From: Gemmatimonadaceae bacterium
GTDB lineage: Bacteria; Gemmatimonadota; Gemmatimonadetes; Gemmatimonadales; Gemmatimonadaceae
NCBI GenBank assembly: GCA_045803545.1
Contig: JBJMOW010000005.1
Location: 256,001 to 320,000, forward strand
Direction of reading: 5' to 3'
Length of the DNA stretch: 64,000 nucleotides
In this document: piece by piece, positions 40,680-49,111 of the stretch
Layout of the letters: the number at the start of each line of letters is the position of its first letter
Position numbering within the stretch: the stretch's first letter is position 1
Translations under genes and position numbers: made by a program
Notes under the pieces: generated by a model
Database searches by the model: none
Told to the model about the DNA's origin: nothing
The model's input: only the letters and a program-made list of their open reading frames with translations

Positions 40680-41936
40680 TTAGGCGATTGCCTTTTGGGG
40701 GCGACGTCCTCTCTTGCGCATCGTCTCTTCAAGCAGCGCGATATAGCGATCGGTCACCACGCTCCAGTCATGGTAGCGTCGCACGAATGCATGGCCGCGC
40801 TCTCCGAGCTCACGACGGCGTTCGGGTCCCATGTCCACCGCCTCGCGCAACCGCGCATGAATCTCTGGAACGGTGAACGCTTTCAGGATGGGCGGCTCCG
40901 CTCCGTCGTAGAACTCGCGGTCGAAGAAAACCGTTATCAGCGGCCGACGCGCGCAAAGCGCTTCGATTGAACCCGACCCGAAGCCTATGCGTGGATACCC
41001 TTCGTCGGCGGGATAACGACGATACCACTCATCGTGCCAGAACTGATCGACCACGACGCCGTTAGGCAGCGAGTAGTAGGCTCGCATCCCGTCCTTGTTC
41101 ATTTCCGGTATCCATTCCACGTAACGCTCGATGCCGAGTCGTGAGATCAACTGACGACTGGCTTCGACGTCGGGGCCTTTATCGATACAGATCAGTTTGA
41201 AATTGCCAGGGCGCTGGTGGACGAAAGCGGCAAACGCGCGAATGAATTTGTCGTTGCCTTTGAGATCGCTCCAGAGTGAGCGCCAGCTATGGCGCGTGAG
41301 CATAAAAAAGACGACGTCAAACGAGTCGTACTTTCGCACGAGCTCGGCCACCGGGTTCGCTTCGTAATCATCGACTCTCCAGGGAAGCCTCGTGCGCGCC
41401 ATTTTGCCAATCAGCCCGAGCGGTCGCACATAATTCTCGATTTGCCAGCCCATCATAATCGCGACGACGTCGGTGCTTTCTTGAAGAGCTTTACGCTGCC
41501 TCATTCCGAGAAGCGTTGGGCGAATGCCCGGCCGTTTGCCTCCAATGACTCTCCGTACGCCTTCTGTTAGCTCACGGCGCGTGTGCGCGGCCATGAGGTC
41601 GCCGCCATAACTGTAAAACACGTGCGGGATGCCCGCGGCGCTCGCGAGGATCGGACCCCACGCGGTAAGCAGCGCGATGTCCCCGCGCGCGAACTCCGAG
41701 CTCAGTTTGCGAAATGCCTGGCTCTTCAGCAGGTAATCACGCTCCGAAACACGGCGATAGTGAATCCATTCCGGAAGATTGTCGGGTGAAAGACTTGCGT
41801 GCTCCCACCACGGGTAGTTTTGGCCACCGGGACTGGAATCGTCGAGGAACATTTCCGCGTCGATTCCCTTCGCCCGGAGAAACCTCGTCATGTTATACGA
41901 AGTGTTGAGCACGTTGCCCGTCGTAAACACCTTCAC
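40680..41936 (-). CDS. Divergent GT-B glycosyltransferase
   Basis: KGNDKFIRAF and VVDQF..FGSGSIEAL..RPLI motifs. Confidence 0.7.
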   Translation of the reverse strand: MKVFTTGNVLNTSYNMTRFLRAKGIDAEMFLDDSSPGGQNYPWWEHASLSPDNLPEWIHYRRVSERDYLLKSQAFRKLSSEFARGDIALLTAWGPILASAAGIPHVFYSYGGDLMAAHTRRELTEGVRRVIGGKRPGIRPTLLGMRQRKALQESTDVVAIMMGWQIENYVRPLGLIGKMARTRLPWRVDDYEANPVAELVRKYDSFDVVFFMLTRHSWRSLWSDLKGNDKFIRAFAAFVHQRPGNFKLICIDKGPDVEASRQLISRLGIERYVEWIPEMNKDGMRAYYSLPNGVVVDQFWHDEWYRRYPADEGYPRIGFGSGSIEALCARRPLITVFFDREFYDGAEPPILKAFTVPEIHARLREAVDMGPERRRELGERGHAFVRRYHDWSVVTDRYIALLEETMRKRGRRPQKAIA

Positions 41937-43276
41937 CGTTGAAACTTCGGCGCGAAGTCAATAGAAGCTGGAAGCCTTAGTCCGAGCGAGCCGACGAGAG
42001 CAGCGGTGGAGATGAAGCCCACGACTCGCCCCACGAAGTAGGCGATGGCGGCGCCCAGCACGCCGAGAGACGGAATCATCACCATTGCGGCACCGAGAAT
42101 TGCCAGGTCTCTCGGCACATTGATCAGCAGAATGCTCCGCCAGATTTTTTGATGAGCGAGAATCACCTGGCTCGTCGCAATCGTTAAAGACTCGGGAATA
42201 CAGGCCGCCAACAACCATAGAAGCGCCGGATAACCGCTTGCGAACGAAGGTCCATACAGGCCTAACAGCAGATTCCCAAACAGCGCCACCAGGATGGCAC
42301 CGACGCTGACAACGGCCAGCGTAGCACCCATGTTGTGCCAATACATTTTGCGATATTGGTCGGCATCACGGGCGCCAAGTAAATTATTCATGAGCGTCAT
42401 TCCAACGTTATTAGCTACGCTCGGCAGGAATAGTACGACCGCCATGAGGTTGTACGCTGCGCCGTAAACGCCCACCGCCGGTAGCCCGGCAGGGCTGCGT
42501 GCGAGTAGCGCCTGCAATACCCACAGCGCCCCAATCGATGTAAACCCGCCCAGGAATCCCGGGATTACCCAGCGAGTTATGATCGACTTGTTCTCCGCAA
42601 CGCCAGACCGGCGCGGTGTTAGCTGGCTTCTCCGCAGCGCTCTCCGAAAGACGAGCATGAGGATTATCGTTTGCGCTGCGCCACTGGCAGCGAGGGCAAT
42701 GACCGCACCCTTTAGGCCGAAGAAATAGCCGCCGATAGCGGAGATAGCGACGTAAAGAAAACCGGCGAGGACATTTGCCCAACCCAGCGCATCGAACCGT
42801 TCGAGGCCTGCCAGCGCACCAATGAAATAGCCGTTGAGGACGAAAAAAAAGACCGCAACGCCGGCAATGCGAAAAGGAACGGCAAGCTCTGGCTTGTGGA
42901 AAATAAAGGCCGCAATCGCGTCCCCGCCGCCGCTGAGGAGAGCGCCGGTGAGGGCCGCGGAGAGAACCGCCACGCAGATTGTAAATCCAATAATGCGTTC
43001 GGCACGCGCCGGATTCGAAGCTCTGTACTCCGCCACATAGCGGGTCGCCGTGGAACCCATTCCCAGCGAGGCCAGCTGCGCGGCAGCCTGGACTGTGCCA
43101 AGCGCAACAGCGTAGCCACCGAACCCGCTGCGCCCGAGCAGGTTGGCGAGAAGCAGGTTTGCGACAAGGGTACTGCCTTGATTGAAGGCAACGGCAATTG
43201 TATTCCACAGGAGACCGCTGCCAAATCGCCGCATTAGTGTGCGAGGTTCAGCCTGAGGATTCGTAACCCACCTCAC
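41933..43276 (-). CDS. wzx: Wzx-type flippase (copy 2)
   Basis: LG..GFG.Y, LG.G.TATRYVA, VG.Y.AA and LYG..F motifs; polytopic. Confidence 0.87.
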   Translation of the reverse strand: MRWVTNPQAEPRTLMRRFGSGLLWNTIAVAFNQGSTLVANLLLANLLGRSGFGGYAVALGTVQAAAQLASLGMGSTATRYVAEYRASNPARAERIIGFTICVAVLSAALTGALLSGGGDAIAAFIFHKPELAVPFRIAGVAVFFFVLNGYFIGALAGLERFDALGWANVLAGFLYVAISAIGGYFFGLKGAVIALAASGAAQTIILMLVFRRALRRSQLTPRRSGVAENKSIITRWVIPGFLGGFTSIGALWVLQALLARSPAGLPAVGVYGAAYNLMAVVLFLPSVANNVGMTLMNNLLGARDADQYRKMYWHNMGATLAVVSVGAILVALFGNLLLGLYGPSFASGYPALLWLLAACIPESLTIATSQVILAHQKIWRSILLINVPRDLAILGAAMVMIPSLGVLGAAIAYFVGRVVGFISTAALVGSLGLRLPASIDFAPKFQR

Positions 43277-43312
43277 ACGCGGTCCTTCGAACTGGATGAT
43301 TGCCGATGTGGT

Positions 43313-44275
43313 CTAGCGCGTCACGTCGCGATTTTGTTCAGCGACGACTGTTATTCCCGCATCCTGGACATCCATTCGGACAATGTCCAAGCCGGCTTCC
43401 TCACACCAACGTCTGACGTCTGCCGGGGTTTGACGATGGCAGTTGAGTGGACGAAACCAATCGAAGTTGATGTGATTCATCTCGTCGAGCGAGAACTCCG
43501 ATCTATAATACATCTTGCAGATGTTCCAGTAAAAGAAACGCTGGAGATTCTGGCGCCCCGCCTTGATCCCCAAGAAGGGAATATCCTCCGGCACATCCAG
43601 CTCGACGTCGAGCTTACCCAGCTCGACTCCGAGCTTCGTGAGCGGCATCAACGCCTCCCAGGCTTCCTCATCGCTCAGTGGATGGAGCGCCTCGCGCACC
43701 ACGTCGTCCGTAAACTCGCGGATCACGGCCTTCTTCGCGTAAACATAGAAAAGGAAGAGCCCGCCTTTACGAAGCTTGGAACTCAAGGCCTTTAACGCGC
43801 CTTCCGTACTATCGGTGTGGTGTAGAACACCTTCGCTGAAGATTATGTCCACGATCCCGTCTTCGACCGGGATGTCGAGCAGGTCGCGCTTCATGAATGT
43901 CGCCGGATATCCCGCCTCTTCGAAGCGGCTGGCTGCCACGTCGACGGCGTCTGAGATGTCGACACCGATGTAATTGTGTGCCTTCAGTCGCTCGCCGAAG
44001 AAAAGCATTGCGCTGAAACCAGCCCCGCAGCCCGCGTCGAGGATGGTTTTCGGATCACCGGCCAACCAGTTGTCGAGCACGTGCTCGTCGCCGCCGCAAT
44101 ACCGTTCGAATAACCATGCGCGGGCTGCTGCCTGCATCGCCTCTGATTCGTACGTCTCGCGTCGCGCCCACTTGTACCCGAACGTCGATTCCGTTTGGCG
44201 CTGTGCAGGAGAAACTGTGCGCTCAGACGCCGCTGGTGAGCGCGGCAGCTCGCCATTCATTTCTGGTAAACTCAC
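43313..44275 (-). CDS. Class I SAM-dependent methyltransferase
   Basis: LDAGCGAG and EGVLHHT motifs. Start GTG 44275 (GTGA overlap) or ATG 44260. Confidence 0.87.
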   Translation of the reverse strand: MSLPEMNGELPRSPAASERTVSPAQRQTESTFGYKWARRETYESEAMQAAARAWLFERYCGGDEHVLDNWLAGDPKTILDAGCGAGFSAMLFFGERLKAHNYIGVDISDAVDVAASRFEEAGYPATFMKRDLLDIPVEDGIVDIIFSEGVLHHTDSTEGALKALSSKLRKGGLFLFYVYAKKAVIREFTDDVVREALHPLSDEEAWEALMPLTKLGVELGKLDVELDVPEDIPFLGIKAGRQNLQRFFYWNICKMYYRSEFSLDEMNHINFDWFRPLNCHRQTPADVRRWCEEAGLDIVRMDVQDAGITVVAEQNRDVTR

Positions 44276-44853
44276 TCCGAAGATCCAGGTGCGTCGTAAA
44301 TGAGGTCGACGTGTCCGTCCTTCACCTCGACCCTGCCCACGACGCGACACGTAGAGCCGTAAGCAATTGAGTAGTCGTCGATGTTCTTATTCACGATCGA
44401 GTTGGCGCCAATCACGCAATGCCGTCCGATGCGAATGCCCTTGCCAACGATTGTCATTGGGCCGAGATACGTACTGTCGCCGATGGAAACTGGCGCCCGC
44501 TCATACTCGGCCTGACCGGAAGATACGGCCCACTTCACCGAATCGTGCGAGTAGATCTGGACGCCGGCCGAGATCGAACAAAAACTTCCGATAACAAGAC
44601 CGCCAGACCCGTCGAGCACGGTGAAAGGGCCGATCCAGGTTTGTCGGCCGACGGTCACGTCGCCGATGATTACGCAACTGTCGTAGATGCTTGTGCCGTC
44701 CCCAAAGCCGAGGAAGCGCGCCCTCTCCCACCGGTCGACGATTCCGTCACCGAACGGCAGCGATCGGTTCCAGTCCTCTCGAAGCTCTCGTTGACGCTGC
44801 CAATGGAATCGCTCCAACTCGGCCTTGAGCCCGGCGACCCCCCTTTCACTCAT
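44272..44853 (-). CDS. Left-handed beta-helix acyltransferase
   Basis: Hexapeptide repeats (IIGDVTVG, LVIGSFCSIS, IGRHCVIGANSIV). Confidence 0.88.
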   Translation of the reverse strand: MSERGVAGLKAELERFHWQRQRELREDWNRSLPFGDGIVDRWERARFLGFGDGTSIYDSCVIIGDVTVGRQTWIGPFTVLDGSGGLVIGSFCSISAGVQIYSHDSVKWAVSSGQAEYERAPVSIGDSTYLGPMTIVGKGIRIGRHCVIGANSIVNKNIDDYSIAYGSTCRVVGRVEVKDGHVDLIYDAPGSSE

Positions 44854-46064
44854 GACTGAAGGTTCGGCACGAAAACCCGAGCGGGTGAAGCCACATATCG
44901 GCGCGCAAACTGGGTGCGGAGTTCCTTCACGACCGTCTCCGCCTCGGCGTCGGTCATCCCCGCAAAAAGCGGCAGCGTGAGCGAAAGCCGTTCGGCGAGA
45001 AAGGCATTTGGAAAATCAGATGGCTTTATTGCGTACTTCTCCGCGTAATAGTGGAGATGGGGAGGCGCGTGAGTGCCCTGCCGTGTGATAATCCCCTTCT
45101 CTTCGAGATCCCCCATGATCTGATTGCGCGTGTCGAACAGCTGTTCGCAGTTCGTCAGATCGGGTTCCTCTGGCTGAAACAGGCATACGTAAGACTGATA
45201 GCCGTGGACATAATCAGCGTGGCTGAGTGGCAGTTGCAGCCACTCCACACCGTCGAGCAGGTCGTCGTAACGCGCGGCACCTTCTCGACGCGACTTCATG
45301 ATCGCTGCGGACTTGGCCATCTGCGACACGCCGAGCGCGCCCTGTATGTCCGTCATGCGGTAGTTGTAACCGAGATGGCGATACTCAGCCAGCAGGAACG
45401 AATACTTCTGAGTATGCCTTTCAAGGTCGGAACGGCTTGCGCCGTGGTCGCGTAGAGTCCGGCACAATGACGCGAGCCGGTCGTCGTCGGTGATGATCAT
45501 TCCTCCCTCTCCGGTCGTTATTGCCTTTCGCGGATGGAATGAAAAAGCGCCGAATTCACCGAACCTGCCGGTATGCTTGCCGCGATACCAGCTGTCAAAT
45601 GAGCACGCAGCGTCCTCGATGATCCGAAGATTATGTTTGCGCGCGATCTCGAGAATCGGTTCCATGGCGGCTGACAGACCGAACAGGTGCACCGGAATGA
45701 TCGCCCGGGTCCTTGACGTGATTCGCCGCTCGATCTGATCAACGTCGATGTTGAACGTACGCAGATCGACATCGACGAAGATTGGCGTCGCACCGATGAA
45801 CTCGACGCAATTCGCGGTCGCGACCCAGGTAAACGCTGGTACGATCACCTCGTCGCCCGGGCCGATCTCCAGCGCCGCGGTGGAGATCTGAAGTGCGGTG
45901 GTACACGAAGAAGTTGCGATGGCATGCTTTGCGCCCGTCATGTGAGCGAAGCGGTCCTCGAATTCCTTGACGTACTTTCCCTGCACCACCCAGCCGGACT
46001 TCAGAGGTTCCTGGATAATGGCGAGATCTGACTCGTCGAAGACGGCCTTGGTAATTGGGATCAT
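44850..46064 (-). CDS. DegT/DnrJ/EryC1/StrS PLP-dependent sugar aminotransferase
   Basis: PVHLFG, IEDAAC, FSFHPRKAITTGEGG and GYNYRM motifs. Confidence 0.94.
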   Translation of the reverse strand: MIPITKAVFDESDLAIIQEPLKSGWVVQGKYVKEFEDRFAHMTGAKHAIATSSCTTALQISTAALEIGPGDEVIVPAFTWVATANCVEFIGATPIFVDVDLRTFNIDVDQIERRITSRTRAIIPVHLFGLSAAMEPILEIARKHNLRIIEDAACSFDSWYRGKHTGRFGEFGAFSFHPRKAITTGEGGMIITDDDRLASLCRTLRDHGASRSDLERHTQKYSFLLAEYRHLGYNYRMTDIQGALGVSQMAKSAAIMKSRREGAARYDDLLDGVEWLQLPLSHADYVHGYQSYVCLFQPEEPDLTNCEQLFDTRNQIMGDLEEKGIITRQGTHAPPHLHYYAEKYAIKPSDFPNAFLAERLSLTLPLFAGMTDAEAETVVKELRTQFARRYVASPARVFVPNLQS

Positions 46065-46071
46065 TCGCTAG

Positions 46072-47964
46072 CTAAGTGGGCGTCTGTCCGTCGAGAAAAA
46101 TCTTGCACCACCACTCGAAGCACAGGAGAGACCAGATTAGGAGTCGCCTGTTTTGAGCACCGGAGAAGTGCTCCTGCATCAGACGCTTCGCTGTTTCCGG
46201 TTGAACGTAGTCGTAGATTCGCGCGCGTTTGTCGAAGAGCAGCTCTTTAATATAGTCGATGCTTTCACCCTTGAACCAACTCGCATCGGGGGCTGAGAAG
46301 CCCTGCTTCAGGCCGTTGGTGTAGTCTTCGGGGACGTAGTTACGCAAAACTTTGCGCAGCACGAGTTTTCCGTCGCCAGTCTCATTGTAATAGCGAAGAG
46401 TCTTCGGTCCAGGCTCGTTTTCATTCAGTCTCACCACTTCATTCAGGTGCCGGAGTTTGTACTTGACCGGAACGCGAAGGGCGAAATCGACGAGATCGTT
46501 GTCGAGAAACGGCACGCGCGTCTCGAGACTATGGGCCATGCTCAACTTGTCCTCGACGACGAGCAGACCGTGGAGAAAAGTCTTGATCTCGAAGTAAAGG
46601 GACTTGTTGACGTAGTCTTCGGGCGAGCTGGCGGCGGCAGTATGCCCGTTGATTACTGAGCGGAAGATGTCCTTGGTGTCGCGAGCGAAAATCTGCTCAT
46701 GCAGCGGCGCGTTGAAGAAACACGGCTTGAGCGCGTCGGGAATGAGGCGTTGCCAGTAATTGTAGTATTTGTCGAGATGATGTTCCGGCGTGTCGTTGAC
46801 GACTGCACGGTAATATCTCCACGGGTAACCGGCGAACAGCTCGTCGCCTCCGGCGCCGGAGAGCACGACTTTCACGAATCGCGACGCCAGCCGCGAAACG
46901 TAGTAATTCGGGTAACTTTGTCCGACGCGTAGATCTTCGAGATGCCAAATCAACTTTGGCATGACGCGCTCCATGTCGCCGGCTTTTAGAACGACCTCAT
47001 AATGCTCCGTCTTGTACTTGTTCGAGAGGAACTCTGCCTTTTGTCGTTCGTCGAATCCAGCCTCCAGGCCGGACGCCGAAGAAACGTCGAACCCACCGGT
47101 AAAGGTTTTCAGATTCGAAAAGTTTCTTCCGGCCACGCACGTCACCGCGCCGGAATCCATTCCTCCACTCAGATAGGAGCCGACCTCGACATCGCTCACC
47201 AGCTGTCGGTTCACGGCCTGATCGAAAAGGCGGTGTAGCTCTTCGACATACTCCGCCTCGGATTTCGTATCTGATTCTGAGAATTCAAAATCCCAGTACC
47301 GCTTTACTGCGAGCGAATTGCGGTCACCCAGCGCAATCGAGAGGGTATGCGCCGCCGGAAGCAGCTTGATCCCATCGAACAGCGTGCGATCTGTAAAAAT
47401 ATTCTGAAACGAGAAATACTCATTCAGCGCAGCGAGGTCGACGCGAGCTGATACGCTCGGGTGACACAAAAGGGATTTGACTTCCGACCCGAATACGAGC
47501 GTGTCGCCGGCGAAGTGGTAATAAAGCGGCTTAATACCGTAGCGGTCACGGGCTATGAACAGGCGATGCCGTTTGTGATCCCAGATCGCAAACGCGAACA
47601 TTCCGTTGAGGCGGCTGACACACTCATCGCCCCACGCGTGGTAAGCGTTGAGCAACACCTCGGTGTCGCCGGTCGATCTGAACTGGTAGCCCTTGGCCTC
47701 CAGCTCCAATCGCAAGTTCTGGAAGTTGTAGATCTCACCGTTGTAGGTGAGAATCACCGCTCCGTCGTTCGATTGCATCGGCTGATGGCCGAGCGGTGAA
47801 AGATCCAGAATGGCGAGGCGCCGATGCCCAAACCCCACAAACGAGGACGTCCATATTCCCTCGCCGTCGGGGCCCCGGTGCAGCACAGCATCCGTCATCC
47901 GCTTGAGAATGCTGACTGAGACGGGCGCGCCGTTGACGTTCAAGACGCCGGTGATGCCGCACAT
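46072..47964 (-). CDS. asnB: AsnB-type glutamine amidotransferase (copy 3)
   Basis: True start MCGITG; HRGPD, SGGMDS and SGAGGDELF motifs. Confidence 0.93.
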   Translation of the reverse strand: MCGITGVLNVNGAPVSVSILKRMTDAVLHRGPDGEGIWTSSFVGFGHRRLAILDLSPLGHQPMQSNDGAVILTYNGEIYNFQNLRLELEAKGYQFRSTGDTEVLLNAYHAWGDECVSRLNGMFAFAIWDHKRHRLFIARDRYGIKPLYYHFAGDTLVFGSEVKSLLCHPSVSARVDLAALNEYFSFQNIFTDRTLFDGIKLLPAAHTLSIALGDRNSLAVKRYWDFEFSESDTKSEAEYVEELHRLFDQAVNRQLVSDVEVGSYLSGGMDSGAVTCVAGRNFSNLKTFTGGFDVSSASGLEAGFDERQKAEFLSNKYKTEHYEVVLKAGDMERVMPKLIWHLEDLRVGQSYPNYYVSRLASRFVKVVLSGAGGDELFAGYPWRYYRAVVNDTPEHHLDKYYNYWQRLIPDALKPCFFNAPLHEQIFARDTKDIFRSVINGHTAAASSPEDYVNKSLYFEIKTFLHGLLVVEDKLSMAHSLETRVPFLDNDLVDFALRVPVKYKLRHLNEVVRLNENEPGPKTLRYYNETGDGKLVLRKVLRNYVPEDYTNGLKQGFSAPDASWFKGESIDYIKELLFDKRARIYDYVQPETAKRLMQEHFSGAQNRRLLIWSLLCFEWWCKIFLDGQTPT

Positions 47965-47978
47965 TGCTGGACCTCGAT

Positions 47979-48977
47979 TTACCTGACTGCTACCGAGAGA
48001 GCTCGCTCGGCGACAAGCGCCTTGTGGGAATCTCGCCACTCAATGAGCCGCTCGAGCCCTTCGCGCAGGTCAATTGTCGACCGGAAGCCGATTTCCGTTT
48101 CGGCTTTCCTGGTGCTTCCGATCCGATTAGTGACAAAAGTCTTGCCAGCGGGTTCATACTGGATTGGCAGTCTCGATCCCGTCACCTCCAGAATCAGCTC
48201 GCACAGCTCCTTCAGTGAGGTCCTGGTGCCACTTCCCACGTTGTAGAAAGAGTCGGACGCATCACTCTTGAGCGCGCAGACATTAGCCCTCGCACAGTCG
48301 CTGACGTAGATGAAGTCGTAGGCCTGGGAACCATCGCCGTACAGAATCGGAGACAATCCCTGATCGAGCCGATCAAGAATTTTCATGATGACGGCTATGT
48401 ACGTGCCCTTGTAATCCTGGCGCGCGCCGTAAACGTTCATGTAGCGTAGACCGACGTAGGGTAGTGCGTACCGATCAAAGAAGGCGCGGCACATCGCCTC
48501 GCCCGCGATTTTCGTCGCGCCGTAGAACGTGCGATTGTTGAAGGGATGCTCTTCGGTCATCGGCAGCGCGACCGCGTCTCCATAAACTGACGCCGACGAC
48601 GAATAGACCAGGCGCTCGATCCCCTGCTGCTGACAGGCCTCGAGAACGTTGAACGTCCCTCGAATGTTCACATCGAACGCAACACGAGGAAACTCGTAGC
48701 ATTGCAGCAGCCACAACGCCGCCAGGTGGATTACGTAATCAACCTCGCCGACAGCGCTGCCGAGAATGTCGGTGTGAAGAATGTCGCCACCGACCTCGAA
48801 GACGCGGACGCGTGAATCAGTGAGGGCCTCGTCGAGATTGCCACGTGCGCCGCGGGCAAAATTGTCATAGACGATTACCTCTTTGACATCTTCTTTGAGA
48901 AGCTCGTCGACGACGTGCGATCCGATGAAGCCGGCTCCGCCGATGACGAGCACTTTCTTTCCACGAATATCGGGCAT
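47979..48977 (-). CDS. NAD-dependent nucleotide-sugar epimerase/dehydratase
   Basis: GGAGFIG, SSASVYG and YGATK motifs. Confidence 0.92.
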   Translation of the reverse strand: MPDIRGKKVLVIGGAGFIGSHVVDELLKEDVKEVIVYDNFARGARGNLDEALTDSRVRVFEVGGDILHTDILGSAVGEVDYVIHLAALWLLQCYEFPRVAFDVNIRGTFNVLEACQQQGIERLVYSSSASVYGDAVALPMTEEHPFNNRTFYGATKIAGEAMCRAFFDRYALPYVGLRYMNVYGARQDYKGTYIAVIMKILDRLDQGLSPILYGDGSQAYDFIYVSDCARANVCALKSDASDSFYNVGSGTRTSLKELCELILEVTGSRLPIQYEPAGKTFVTNRIGSTRKAETEIGFRSTIDLREGLERLIEWRDSHKALVAERALSVAVR

Positions 48978-49004
48978 CGATCTTGTTGGGTTGCTCTCTC
49001 ACAA

Positions 49005-49068
49005 GCGCAGAAACTGACGTCGTTCTGCGAGGAGCTTGGCAAACTACCGGCGCGCAGAACGAGAGTCA
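49005..49068 (-). promoter_or_regulatory. Structured intergenic element: 10 bp inverted repeat with an alternative pairing arm and ops-like loop
   Basis: TCGTTCTGCG (49020-29) pairs with CGCAGAACGA (49053-62); a third arm GCGCAGAA lies at 49005-12. Confidence 0.45.
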
Positions 49069-49111
49069 ACGCAGCGCACGGTCGCGTGTTTTTTCGTGAG
49101 CTAACGCAAGC

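Noticed and set aside
42843..42850. A8 tract in wzx copy 2 (also A7 at 49351-49357)
   Set aside because: Short, explained by consecutive Phe codons, and the frames are intact.
30679..47964. AsnB proteins as lasso-peptide cyclases or housekeeping asparagine synthetases
   Set aside because: The glutaminase domains are intact, no precursor, B1/B2 or PqqD genes are present, and the context is glycan biosynthesis.
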